From NCBI RefSeq assembly GCF_009914755.1, contig NC_060925.1: 64,000 bases of DNA; one strand, written 5' to 3'. This DNA comes from the human T2T-CHM13v2.0 reference genome, Homo sapiens. The notes under the pieces were generated by a model. The model saw only the letters and a program-made list of their open reading frames with translations. It searched no databases and was not told the origin of the DNA. Below, in pieces: positions 29,091 through 47,074 of this stretch. The stretch's first letter is position 1; each line of letters begins with the position of its first letter. The translations under genes were made by a program, and so were the position numbers.

Positions 29091-29799
29091 AAGATCTGCA
29101 GCTCAGGCTGTTTGGGAGTAAACCAGATGGCTTATGTAAAATGACTTTGCCCGGTTTCTGGGTGATCATACTGCCTTGGTCAAGTCAAATCCTATTCTTC
29201 CAGGAACGTGGGGTATTGGCAGCATTTCCCCAACTGCCGTGGAAAAACAGGGTGTAACCTGTAAACATTTTTTCTGTGATTTTGTTCTAACCACAGGAGT
29301 GCTTATCCATGTAAGAGACTATTGTCCCTTTATAGCAGTTACAGTTAGAAGGCTCTACTTCCTCCAGCGACACACCTGAACCCTGACACTCCTGGGAACT
29401 TTGCTCTTGGAAATGTCTTCAGAGCCTGGGCACAGCTTTGAATGTATTCAGTGGAGAGGGCATTCATTCTCCAAGGGTCAGTCTGGTGTTTGGAATTAGC
29501 AAGAAATCCTTTGGACCCAAGACTGCTGACTTCAGGTGAAAATTTGAGCTGGGAAATACTGACAAGGACAAGTGGAAACAAAATGCAGGTTGGGGAGGGT
29601 AGAGAAAGGTTTTCAACCATGGAGGGCCATAGAGCTGCATTAAGCAATTTCACAATCAAAAATGTTTGCAGGATGATTCTCGCATGGGTCAGAAAGAGAA
29701 ATCTGGGGTATCCAATTGGAGGTATTAATTTTGGAGGGCTGACCTTGGGCAGAGGGTGATGCTCTTCCAGAAACAACTGTCCCCAGATGTTACATGGAA

Positions 29800-30133
29800 A
29801 TTCTTTCTTTTTTTCTCTTTCTTTTTTCTTTTTTTGAGACGGAGTTTCGCTCTTTTGTTGTCCAGACTGGAGTGCAATGACACAATCTTGGCTCAGTCCA
29901 GTCTCAGCTCACTGCAACCTCCGCCTCCCAGGTTCAAGCGATTCTCCTGCCTCAGGCTCCTGAGTAGCTGGGATTACAGGCATGCACCACCATGCCCAGC
30001 TAATTTTGTACTTTTAGTAGAGACAGGGTTTCTCCATGTTGGTCAGGCTGGTCTCGAACTCCTGACCTCAGGTGATCTGCCTGCCTCGGCCTCCCAAAGT
30101 GCTGGGATTACAGGTGTGAGCCACCTCACCCAG

Positions 30134-30166
<33 letters not shown>

Positions 30167-30442
30167 GACAGAGTCTCGCTCCGTTGCCCAGGCTGGAGTA
30201 CAGTGGCATGATCTCAGCTTACTGTAACCCCGCCTCTTGAGTTTAAATGATTCTCCTGCCTCAGCCTCCCGAGTAGCTGAGATTACAGGCGCCTGCCACC
30301 ACGCCCAGCTAATTTTTGTATTTTTAGTAGAGACAGGGTTTTGCCATGTTGGCCAGGCTGGTCTTGAACTCCTGATCTCAAGTGATCCACCCGCCTCAGC
30401 CTCCCAAAGTCCTGGGATTACAGGCGTGAGCCACTGCACCTG
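29800..30442 (-). mobile_element. Two tandem Alus
   Basis: Antisense Alu bodies. Confidence 0.95.
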
Positions 30443-31138
30443 ACTTGCCAGTTCCAAATTTCTGAGGCAGAGAATGTGACTGTCGAGTGGGCAAGCCATG
30501 GCATGGATCGCATGGTATCACTATGCCTGCTGGGATCCATCCTTGGGAGTGGAACATGCTTCTCAGGAAGGAAATGGGAGGGTTGTTTGGGATTGGGCAA
30601 GCTCCTCCTCAATAAGAAATGAATTGGGACACCCCTTTATGGAATCACTTCCACTCTGATGAAATCATCTGGGAATTTTCAATCAGAAGATTTAGAAAGA
30701 TGCTATTTTCATTTTGCCTTACCTATATCTTTTGTGTCTTCTGGCTTATTGCTTTTGAGGTGTGTGTGTCGGGGGGACCTCTAAAAGTCATCCTGGGCCT
30801 TGGTTAGGCCACCACATTGACCTGGCCTGGGGACCTACTCAGCTTGGAGGCCAGTTGGCTGGAGGTGGGGGAGGAGGGAGCCCCAGCTGCGGCCTCTGAG
30901 CCTCTCGTGCCAGCGGCCCCGTCCAGCCCACCTCGGCCCGGCACCTCTTGTCCTTCCGGCCCCTTGAGGGAGCGACTTGTTCCCTTTCCAGCTTCTTTTT
31001 GCGGAGCATGAGCCACTGACTATTTGAAATGGGACACCCTCTTGATAGCACCAAGCCTCTGCTTTCCTATGGATAAAATGCCCAGCCTGCTTTCTTCAGA
31101 AAGTTGGTGCGGGAATCACATGAAATTGGTGGTTGTGA

Positions 31139-31588
<450 letters not shown>

Positions 31589-33642
31589 TGAAGCCACTGT
31601 GCCCTGCCAGATACTATTTATTTTTCTTTTCTTCTCTTTTTGCTTTTCTTTTTTTCTTTTCTTTTTTTTGAGACAGGGTCTTGCTCTGTCACTCAAGCTA
31701 GGGTACAGTGATACAATCATGGCTTATTGCAACCTATGCCTCCTGGGCTCAAGAGATCCTCCCACCTCAGCCTCCTGAGTAACTGGGAGAACAGGTGTGC
31801 ACCACCATGCCTGGCTAACTTTTGCACTTTTAGTAGAGACAGGGTTCTGCATGTGGCCCAGCCTGGTCTTGAACTCCTGGACTCAAGAGATCTGCCCGCC
31901 TGAGTCAAATGCTGGGATTACAAGTGTGAGCCACTGCACCTGCCCAGATACTGCTTCTAAATCAAAGTTGAGCCTCAGTTAATGGTGAGCCCAGCATGGT
32001 ACTGCTTTGAGGCCCTGTACAGATGGCAGAGAAGACTAACGGCTTGGTGAGGGGCTCCTTGGGGTACTGTCTCAGTGACTAAGTGACTGTAGGTGGGCAC
32101 AGCTGCTGCTGGCAAGGGCTGCTTCCAGTGTGCTGGGGGAGCCGGTTGCCCGGCAGCCTTGCTGAGTGGAGTATGGCTTAGGAAACTCATTATGCTACCA
32201 GTGGGGAAAAGCAAGCCTCCCCTCACCTCTTGGAGTGACCGACAGTTTGGGGGAAAAAAAGTGGAAGTGGATTTACTGATTTGTTTTTCTCTGAACTCGT
32301 GGTTCCTTCCCTAATATTCAGCCCCTCCTTTGCCCTCCTCGGGCCTTTGCAGGGCCCGCTGGGGGTGTGGGTGGGGTGAAGAGGGGCAAGAGTAGAGAAG
32401 ATCCCTCCCCTCTACAGGGCCAGAGAGGAGATTCCAGAGACATTTCCACCCTTCAACAGATGGGGGCTGGTCCAGGGTTTCAAGTGAACACACAAAGGCC
32501 AGCTCTGGCAGCTCCACACTCCCCGTCCCTGTCCCCTGACCTCTGCTGCTGCTGCTGCCGTGGGAGTGGAAGGCCCGGGTCAGCCTTCCCGGTGGGTGAG
32601 ATGAGAAGGCAGCCCTTCCCAGGTGGAGCTCTGGGAATGAGAATGCAGCCTCCCAACTGCTGCAACCTCCTCCTTGCCAGGTTTAAGGAAAGTGCAGGAA
32701 TCAAGGCTAGGGGGTGGGAGGGGGCAGCATCATCCCCTGCAAAACCCCAGAACAAGGGAACCTGGAATCGCCCCTCCCATCTCTGGCCAGGTCCCCGCCA
32801 ACGAAGAGGTCTCCATGCTATTACTTCTGCAGGTGGAGCAGCCGGTTTCCACCTTCCCTCCTCTTCTCTTACACTCCAAGCCTCCATATAAGGACCACAA
32901 AGCTCTCACAGTGGCAGAAGGCTTTCTGCCTGGTGGACGCTGTTCTAGGTGCTATATAGGCAAACCTGCATTTAATTCTCCTGCATGGTTGTATTCCTAT
33001 TTCATAATCAGAGCCAGGACTCAAATCTGGGCAGTCTGACTCTGGTGCAAAGGTCGGCAGCCTCCCAGGAGGGAACCCAGTCAACCAGGCATGTGTTTAC
33101 TCTCCCGTGCTCCAGGACTTTTCAATCCAACAGGGACTTCCTCATTTGGGTAACCAGGTGAGCCAGAGACTTTGGATTTGGTCAGCCCTTCATTCAAAAC
33201 ATCCATGTACTACAGACTTTCAGTGTGACCTTGGGCAAGTTACTTTAGCTCTGAGAATCCTCAGTTTCCCTCTTTATAAAAAAGGGGAAATCTTGTTGTG
33301 AAGCTTATATGAAATTATGTATGGAGAGGTGTTTTTTATTATTATTATTTATTTTTGAGACCAAGTCTTGGTCTGTCGCCCAGGCTGGAGTGTGCAGTGG
33401 TGCAATCTCAGCTCACTGCAACTTCCAGGTTCAGTGATTCTCTTGCCTCAGCCTCCTGAGTAGCTAGGACTACAGGTGCGTGCCACCATGCCTGGCTAGT
33501 TTTTGTAGAGAGAGTTTCGCCATGTTGCCCAGGCTGGTCTCAAACTCCTGGCCTCAAGTAATCTGCCCACCTTGGCCTCCCAAAGTGCTAAGATTATAGG
33601 TGTGAGCCACTGTCAAAGGTTTTTAGAGTATAACACATGTAA

Positions 33643-33849
<207 letters not shown>

Positions 33850-34000
33850 TAGTAGAGACGGGGTTTCACCATATTGGCCAGGCTCTTCTCAAACTCCTGA
33901 GCTCAGATGATCCAACCGCCTCGGCCTCCCAAAAGTGTTGGAATTATAGGCGTGAGCCACAGCGCCTGGCCCTCATTATTATTATTTTCATCATCTAAGC

Positions 34001-34226
34001 CAGGGGTCAGTAAACTTCTCTGTAAAGGGCCAGATTGTAAATATTTTTGGCTTTATGGGTCCTTCAGTCTCTGTCGCTGATCAAATGTGTTGTTGTGTCT
34101 CCAGAGTACCTATGGACAATATGGTAAATTAGCAAATGGGTGTGGCTGTATTTCCATAAAACTTTACTTATCAAAAGAGATGATGGGCTGGATTTGGCCC
34201 ATGGGCCATAGTTTGCTGGACCCCAG
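34001..34226 (+). mobile_element. MER58A (hAT-Charlie)
   Basis: caggggtcagtaaact...tgtaaagggccagattgtaaatattt...ggctggatttggcccatgggccatagtttgc. Confidence 0.85.
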
Positions 34227-34518
34227 TCTGGGACCCTGAGGCCTCTATTGCTGGTGTCTGAGCAGAAAGTGGGGCTGGGCTTTGGTGTGAAATTCACACA
34301 TCTGTGTGCAGACTGCTGATCCGTGAGTGTGTTGAGGGCAGGGGTTGATTACCTTTGAGACCCCATCCTCGGTTCTCAGGAGCACATTAGAAGGGCAGAG
34401 CAAGTGTGTGTGGTTGAATGACTTGTTCCTGATGTCTAGATACTTGTGCTCTTAATGATCCCAGAAGATGTTGGCTAAGATCTGGGGGTAATCAAAACTG
34501 ACAATAAGAACTCAGTGA

Positions 34519-35860
<1,342 letters not shown>

Positions 35861-37153
35861 AGGAAACTGAGGCTCAGAGAGACAAGGCCGGTTGCATGAT
35901 GTCACATGGCTGGAGAGGGCGGGGATTGGCACTTGGATCTTTCTGACTTCAAAGCATATTCCTTTCCACCTTCTCTGGCTAAAAGGGGTGCAGCCCATGG
36001 GTGACCCTCCAACCCTGCCCTGTACCCAGGCCCTGTGTGCCTTCCCAGGCCAGCGGGCAGTGGTCGGAGCTCAGCCCTACTACTTGGCACCCCCCTCTGG
36101 ATTCCCCATCTTGGTTCTTGCCCCTCCCTTCCTCACCCAGGCCAGCTTCCTGGTCCTCCCAGGCTGGTTGATGGATGGCTCAGCCCCGGCTGGCTTGACT
36201 CAGTCTAGCTTTTCCTCGTGGACTGCCAGGGCTGCCTCCTGTCCTCCTGCTTACCGCCCTTGCCCGCCCAGCAGGTCGGGCAAGTGAGTGACTCACACAC
36301 CTGGGCTCTGTGTGGGCCCAGCCCGGGGAGCCAGCGTACTCACCCTCTGGGCTCCTGCCTGCTACTTCAACTGACAGACGGGACCCTTCCCAGTAGAAGG
36401 GGGCTGCCCCTGTCACTTGTGCTCCCTTCCTGGAGGACTGCGATTGGACTGCACAGGATTGAGGTCAGTTTCCTTTCTCTTTTTAACCATCTCTGCCCCT
36501 CGCTAAATTGGAGGAGAATCTTTTGGAGGTCGTGGGGGAGGGGTCTCAGCTGTCATTGACACCCTTGTGTGTCAGGCCCTGGGGCACCCTACTCCCTCCC
36601 AGCAGGTGCTGGAGCTTGGGGACACCTTGGGATGGACTCTGTGAGGAGAACCGTGCTGGGTGCCTCTATGGGTGTGACCCCGATCCTACAGCCACCTAGC
36701 AGGGCAGGTCACGGCAACCTGGAGTGAGAACGGCAGAGGTGGACTGCAAGGGCGTGTGTAGGGGGGACTTCCCTCACTTCCTTCTTAGGGTCACAGAGTG
36801 AGGGATGCAGCTTGAGATGGCTTCAGTTCAATGGCATCATTTTACAGCTGGGAAAACTGAGGCTTGGAGGAGAGGGAGTAACTGAGGTGGATTGATGCAT
36901 TGGTGCTGGAACTGGGGTTGGAAGGCGGACTGGCTGACTCCCCGCCCAGGGCTCCTTCCTTGGTCCTCCATGCCTGTTCCAGGCTGTTTCCCCCTGCTTT
37001 TCCACTCGGCTCTCTCCCATGCCATCCGGGCCTCAGCAGGGAGGAGGAATGCAGCTGGTGGGAGCCATTTCACAGGGGGATTTTATGGGCTCACATTTGG
37101 AAGGCATTTTGAAGGTCATCCAGGCCATGAACCTCTGACAGGTGGCTGTTTAG

Positions 37154-37573
<420 letters not shown>

Positions 37574-38956
37574 TAACAAAGCACAGTAGGTGTGTAAATG
37601 CCTTTCATTCCCGACACCCCAATGAGGTGTTGTTGTTATCACTCTTATTTTACAGCGGAGGAAACAGGCACAGAGAGGTTAAGTAACTTACTGAAGATTT
37701 CACAGCTTGAGAAGGAGGAGCCGAGCTTTGAACCCAGGGAGTGTGGTTCTAGTGCTCAGCCAAGCTCTTAGCTGCTGTACTTGGCTGCTACCATAGGAGA
37801 ATGGGGCTTCCTAGGGAGGGGGTCCTGCCTGTCATGGTGAAGCTGAGGTTGGAAGGGGGACATTTAGGTGACTGTGTGACGCTCTGGCTGGTTGGCCTCC
37901 TGGGGCTGAAATGTCACTATCCAAGTTCTTCTCCCGTCACCTGCTTTGCCTCCTTGGCAAATTACCCTATCCTTACGTAGCCCCCAGCTACCAGAGTCCA
38001 GGACCAATGGCTCATGACTCCCAGGACGGACGGTTGTGTGCAACAACAGAGGGAGGGTTGAAAGCCGTGGCCCAGGATCTTCGATACCACTGTCAGGGTT
38101 TCCTTGGAGTGTCCTGGGCAAAGGAGGCAGGAGGTGAGAGTGGGCGTGGCAGAGGGGTGGGAGGGGCCTGGGCCCTGCGTCTGTTTCCTTATCAACATTT
38201 TGGCCTCCTGGAGTGGCACCTCACGTGCGGCCTGTCCACCCCACCTTGCCCGTCTATTTAGGGGAGCTTGGTGGTTAATGAGGGCAGCGCCTCATCCTAA
38301 GGTGTTGGACAGTTTACAAAGCCAGCCAACGCCGTCCTGAAGGGTGCTCACAACAGCCTGGGGAGCTGGGAAGGGCAGGAATTGTGATGATGCTCATAGT
38401 TGAGGAATAGAGGCTCAGAGACGTCAGGTGAGCTGCCTGGGGCCACACAGCTAAGTGATGGAACAGAGTCAGATCCTGCCTCCCCAACCCCCTGACCCCT
38501 GGCTTCTAACAGAGCAAGCTCCACACCAAAGCTGGCTCCTCCTCTCGGTGGTTTTTCCTCCAGAGAAATCCTCGTCGGGGGCAGAAGTGTCAGGGCTGCT
38601 GAGGCAGGGCTGCCTCCCTGGCTTTTGGCCCCTAAATTAGAGTCTCCTGAGGTGGCTGGGGGCTACCCCTCTCTTCTGTGCCCGCAAAGGCTTGCTCTGA
38701 GTGTGATGCCAGCAGTCCTTCTGGCTGGATCTCTTCAGTTAATGAGACTTTGGGACTTTCAGGGGGGTGACTGGCCTGGCTCCATTCACATTCCTCCCCC
38801 CTGGAAGGTGAAAGAAGGGTCCCTGATATCTTCTTCCAGGACTTCCTCTCCAGGGCAGTCATGGGAACAAGAGATTCTTAAGTTGATCCCATCCTGTCTT
38901 CTCCCTCTCCTAATGATAATACTAATCACAGCAATATTGACCACTAATACTAGTCA

Positions 38957-39351
<395 letters not shown>

Positions 39352-39973
39352 TAAAGTGCTGGGATTACAGGTGTGAGCCACCGCGCCCGGCCCACCATTG
39401 CTACATTTTCATTTATTGGGCACCCACCGTATACCAAGCTCTGTGCCAGGCATCCTGCTGGCCATGGCTCATTGAGCCCTCCTGGCAACCCCATTTCACA
39501 GATGAGGAAGCTGAAGTCCAGAAAGATGAAGTCACTTGCCCTGGGTCACATAGCTGGTCAATGACACTGAAATCATCAGTCAGAAAGTTGAAAGCGCACT
39601 TCACCCAAAGTCACCACCCAAGGTCACACACTGTTCATGGCACAGCCAAGACTAGAGCCTGGCTTGGCTGAATCCTGATTTCCTGCTCTTCCCACTCAGT
39701 GCCTTTGGGTTGGGCTACAGTGGGACTTTTGAGCCATGGGTTCTAGAGTTGTTTCTGCCTTTACAGGACATTAAACAAGCCACTCAATCTCTGGTGGCCT
39801 GGGTCACACCATCTGAGTGCAGGGGCTGGTGATTTATTCCCTGTGAGTAATAGTTATGGCTGGGAATGCCTTTGAAACATTGGCACATGCACACAGAGAG
39901 TTAGTATGAAGAGAGATAATTGCCCAAGCCATGTCTGCAGTCTCTTCTGTGACTGTGAAAGCTTTGATATTTA

Positions 39974-40585
<612 letters not shown>

Positions 40586-41285
40586 AAAATGTTATATATG
40601 TGTATGTATAAAATGACCTTGGGATGCAGGAACACAACCATGTTCTATTGTGGGGAAGCTGAGACTCAGGGACATGAACTCACTCACTCAAGGTCACAGG
40701 ACCAGGAGATGGGGAACCAAGGATTTGAACTTGGTCTGGTCTTCATGTCTCCAGAAGTAAGCACCTCCCATCATGTTGAGAGGCAGCTCCCCGGGGAATG
40801 GGACTCTCCCAGGGTACTCAGGCGAGAAGCAGTGAACAGGTTTGGAGCATGGACTCCTTGGATTCCAGGTGGCCAGTCTTATAGGAACAAGGTTTAGGAG
40901 CTTAGCAGGTAGGTCTGAGGGAGGTGGCCTGGAGCTGCCACCAAGTAAGTCCTCTTCTCCCCTGCTCAGGCCTGCTCCCATTTTTTCCTTCAGCAGAATG
41001 ACAGAGACCCCCTTCCCCCATCCTTCCTTGTCTCAGAAACAGAGGCAGCCTTTGTTTCAAGGGGAACCAAGAAAACAGGGAGCTCTCCGGACCACACTGT
41101 GACCTGCTCTGCAGGTAACCCTGGTCCTTCCTGCTGGCCCAGCCAAACCCAGCTCAGCTACTGTAGAGACATCCAATACCCCAGCATGGGGAGGGAGGAG
41201 AGGGAGGGAGCCAGCGGGGTTAAGTAGTGCCCCTGCCCACCTTCTCCCTCCGCATCTTAGTCTACCCTGTCTCTCCCCCTGAGCA

Positions 41286-41330
41286 ATGTTATAATTAAAT
41301 CTGATAAGCATCCGTTCTATCTGATAAAAA
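41286..41330. promoter_or_regulatory. Candidate GATA-rich enhancer core
   Basis: TGATAA at 41302-41307, overlapping CTATCT/TGATAA at 41317-41327, and AT-rich gttataattaa. Confidence 0.4.
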
Positions 41331-41699
41331 AGGTCCCAATGTCATGGTTGGTTTGAGCCAACTGGGGTGGGGGATGGGACCCTAGGCTGGGAGCCAGGAG
41401 GCTGCCTCTGCTCCCCACGCCATTCTTCACGCCCTGCATGACCTTGAGCAAATGCTTGACCTCTTGGGGCCTCAGTTTCTCTCTAGGAAAGGAGGATGTT
41501 GGCTTGAGCCATGGGTTCTAGTCTTGTTCCTGGTGGCACACGCCTGTGGTCCCAGCTACTCAGGAGGCTGAGATGGAAGGATCGCCTGAGTCCAGAAGTT
41601 CAAGGCTGCAGTGAGCTGTGATGACACCACTGCACTCCAGCCTGGGCAACAGAGCGAGACTCCTTTCCAAATAAATAAATAAACAAATAAATAAAATCA

Positions 41700-42107
<408 letters not shown>

Positions 42108-43814
42108 TCAGGGCCCTTCCCCTCTGAAAGTCTCTGAATTGCTCAAATGGATGGCTCCCCAGTGCCCTCTCTGGGTTCCCTGCCAGTGCTCCCTCTCCTT
42201 CCTCCCTGTGTGGCTGCAAAGCCCAGGGAGCACAGGAATGCAGGGGAGGTTCTTATTGCTTCCGATATTCAGGGGACTGGCCAAGACTGGAGTGATCTCT
42301 GTAAAAACCTGCCCCTAGTCTGTGTGGCCAATTTTTGGAATAAACCTGGGATGCCAACGTTTGTGGGAGAAGAGGCCTCCTAAGTCCTTTCCACCTTATT
42401 AGTGGAAAAATTTGGACTTTTTGGTCAGAGTTGGGTTCAGATCTCAGCTCTGTCCCTTCTGATGGTGTGAACTTGGATGAGTCACTTGGTCTCACTGAGG
42501 TGTTGAGAGGGTTATGAGTTATCCCAGGCAGATCACTAAACCTGGTGCACAGCAAATGCTCAATGAAAGGAAGGCCATATCTTGGCACCAGGGTTGCCCC
42601 AACTCCCTGTTTCTGACAAATAGACAAGGCTGGCCGGGCACAGTCACTCACACCTGTAATCCCAGCACTTGGGGAGGCCGAGGTGGGCAGATTGCTTGAG
42701 CCCAGGAGTTTGAGACCAGCCTGGGCAACATGGCGAAACCCCGTCTCTACTGAAAATATGAAAAATTAGTCAGACATGGTGGTGTATGCCTGTAGTCTCA
42801 GCTACTTAGAGGCTGAAGCATGAGAATCGCTTGAGCCTGTGAGGCAGAGTTTACAGTGAGCCAAGATCACACCACTGCACTCCAGCCTGGACAAGAGAGT
42901 GAGACCCTGTCTCCAAAAGAAAAAAAAAAAAAAGACAAGGCTCAGGGATGGCAGGATGCCTCGTTGTGCTGTCTTGGATGGCAATGACTTGTTCCATTCA
43001 GGCGGGCGGATGTCTCTAAGTGGGGCCGGGATCCCACTCTGCTTTCTAGCCTTTTTCTCTTCTTCATTTTCTTGAAAAGTTGTTCTGGAAACTACAAAAC
43101 TGGGCCACAGGACTCCATGCCTGCTCTCCTGGGACTACCGACTTGTTTCATCTCTGAGTCTTGCTTCTCCCAAAGGAAACTAGAAACCCTGGGCTCTGAT
43201 CAGGGAATGCAGGGGTGGGGGAAGGGGGCAACCTGCTTCACATTGATCTCACCCCAGAACCGGGTGGCTGGCTGACGCCGCTGATCAGAATTCATGTGGT
43301 CGGAGGATTTGTAGGTCAGCATGAGATCTTTTAATACACCAGAGAATAATCTCCCTAAAGCTCTAGCCTCCTGGCGGGTGCTCCACACACAATTCTGAGA
43401 CAGCATCCAGGGAATGGGTTGGGATTGACTCCGACCAGAACTTGAGAGGCTGGCACGGCTCTGTTCCCAGGCCCCACCCTGGAGCCACAGGGCAGGGAGC
43501 TCACTACATTGGAGACATTTTATGGCACCACCCGTACCCCTCACCCGGAGCCGATCCAGAGACCTGTAGTTTGGGATTGAGCAGGTTAAATTCCCTGGTG
43601 GCTTCTGGGAAAATGCTTGATCAGACTCTGTGCACTGCTGTCTTTACTGAGCTCTCTCAAAGTTCATCACCCCCAAGACACTCCTTTTTTTTTTTCTACG
43701 CCTGAAACATCAACATACTCTTCTCTGCTTTGCCTGGAATCCTTGCCAGGGGATTTTCCAGTTAGCAGAAAAACTGCATCCAGTTTCCGACCTATTCACT
43801 GAGGGGGTAGGTGA

Positions 43815-44096
<282 letters not shown>

Positions 44097-44529
44097 TGAT
44101 CCACCTGCCTTGGTCTCCCAAAATGCTAGGATTGTAGGTGTGAGCCACTGCGCCTGTCCCTTTTCCTCTTGGTTTTCTTTACTTTGAAAAAATTCATTAA
44201 GATAATTATTTTCTTTCTTTATTTGTTTATTTATTTATTTGAAACAGAGTCTTGCTCTGTCCCCCAGGCTGGAGTACAGTGGCATGATCACAGCTCACTG
44301 AACTCCCGGGCTCAAGTGATCCTCCCACTTTAGCCTCCCAAGTAGCTGGGACCACAGGCATACACCACTATGCCTGTATAATTTATTTTTACTTTTTGTA
44401 GAGACAGGGTCTCACTGTGTTGCCCAGGCTGGTCTTGAACTCCTGGGCCCAAGTGATCCTCCCACCTCGACCTCTTAAAGTGTTATAGGCATGAACCGCT
44501 GTGCTCGGCCTCCTTTTGGTTTTCAGTTG

Positions 44530-44645
44530 TATTCATCCATCCACCCATCCATCCATCCATCCATCCAGCCATCCATCCTCCATCCATCCATTTGTCCACC
44601 ACCCATAATTTTCATCCATCCATCCATCCTCCATCCATTCATTCA
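44530..44645. repeat. (TCCA)n microsatellite at the 3' tail of a minus-strand L2 (L2 continues to ~44800)
   Basis: Degenerate catc repeats followed by tttattgaattcctcttctgtgccagacactg. Confidence 0.85.
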
Positions 44646-45850
44646 TCTGAAGACTGTTTATTGAATTCCTCTTCTGTGCCAGACACTGCATTCTGGAGAC
44701 ACAACTCTGTGCACTGGATACATGATCCTGCCCTCGGGGGATAATAGTATAGCAGGGGTAACAGACAATTTAACAAGCACTATAGTACTTGGTGCTAGGC
44801 TTAACGTGTGCTTATCAGTGTGCTCATCTGTTGCATGGGATGGTTCCAGTACTTACTTCATGGGATTATTGTGTTTCCATGGGATAATACGGTAAAGGGC
44901 TGGCTCAGGTCTTGTCGTGTAGCAAATGCTCAATAAATGTTAGCCATGTTGATGATGATGGTTGTGAGGATGGTGATATAGATGATGATGATTAAGATCA
45001 TTTTGTTTTGTTTTGTTTTTTGAGATGGAGTCTCCCTCTGTTGCCCAGGCTGGAGTACAGTGGCGTGATCTTGGCTCACTGCAACCTCTACCTCCTGGGT
45101 TCAAGCGATCTCCTGCCTCAGCCTCCCAAGTAGCTAGGACTACAGACATGCACCACCACACCCAGCTAATTTTTGTATTTTTAGTAGAAACAGGGTTTCA
45201 CCATGTTGGCCAGGCTAGTCTTGAACTCCTGACCTCAAGTGATCCACCTTCCTCGGCCTCCCAATGTGCTGGGTTTACAGGCACGAGTCACCACATCCGG
45301 CCAATTAAGATCATTTAACACAGTGTCTGGCATTAACTAGTTAACCAGATGTATCCATGGGTTGTTCTGGGAAGTTGGCTTGTCCTTGGCAGCCACAGAC
45401 AGTAGAGGGGATGGTGACATAGGGCAGACCCCAAGCCAGCTTCTCAGGGTGGGGAGGGCTATGAGCAAATCACCTCCACACAGGTGCTGTGGATGCTAGC
45501 CATGCCTTCTGGGCTGGGTCTAAGGGGTTCTTCAGGGAAGCCTGGGCCACCACAGCTGCCTATCTGGTTTGCCCAGTTAGGAGCTGGTTGAGAAGCATCT
45601 GAGGGCAAAATGACCCATGAATGACAAGCTGTGAACTGCCTTTGCAGGGGCTGGGGCAGGCTATCTGGGAAGTTCCTGGGAGCTCAGAGGAGGTGGGTGG
45701 CACTGGAGGATGACAGGAGGCAGCTATAGGTGGAGCTCTAAGCAGAGCAGCCAGGAATGATCAGGGGGTCCCTGGTAACCTCCCATGGGGCTTATGGGGC
45801 CATGGGGCCAGGAACACATCAGTCTTTTTTTTTTTTTTTTTTTTTTTTGA

Positions 45851-46207
<357 letters not shown>

Positions 46208-46751
46208 TGAATGCATGCCAAGTCTCTATTGGGATGGTTTGGTCTAACTATCATGCTGGCTTACCTGTAAGGAACAGTGGTTCTGGAACCAGAGAGAAGA
46301 GGGTTCAAACCCTGGCACCCCCACTTAATCAGCTCTGTGGGACAATGGGTAAGACATTTTCCCTTTCTGAGCCTCAGTTTCCTCATCTGCAGAATAGGAA
46401 TTGCAATATCAACATTGAGGGTTGTTGTGTAGATAGGAGATGGTGCAGGGGGTGAGGTTAGCTCTCAGAAGGTACCCACAAAGGATCAGCTGTTATTGTC
46501 ATTATCCATGCATCTGTGGTGACACCCAGGGTTGTGAGCCAGTACTGTGGGATTGAGAAGGTGGGGATAGAGTGCCTGCTGGACATTGTGAAGTTTTGGG
46601 GCAATGTGGTGGGGGAGAGTCACATAGACCTGGGATCTGTTGTTTACTTGCTGTGTGACCTCAGGCAGGCTGCTTACCTTTCCGGACCTCAGTTTCTTGT
46701 ATGAAAAAGAGGATCTTGAAAGCAGCCATTCTGGTTGGGCGTGGTGGCTCA

Positions 46752-47074
<323 letters not shown>

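Noticed and set aside
29345-29776. Overlapping 143-aa and 105-aa ORFs in unique sequence, with a weak donor CAG|GTGAAA at 29535
   Set aside because: No recognisable domain or clear exon boundaries; a non-coding upstream exon cannot be excluded without transcript data.
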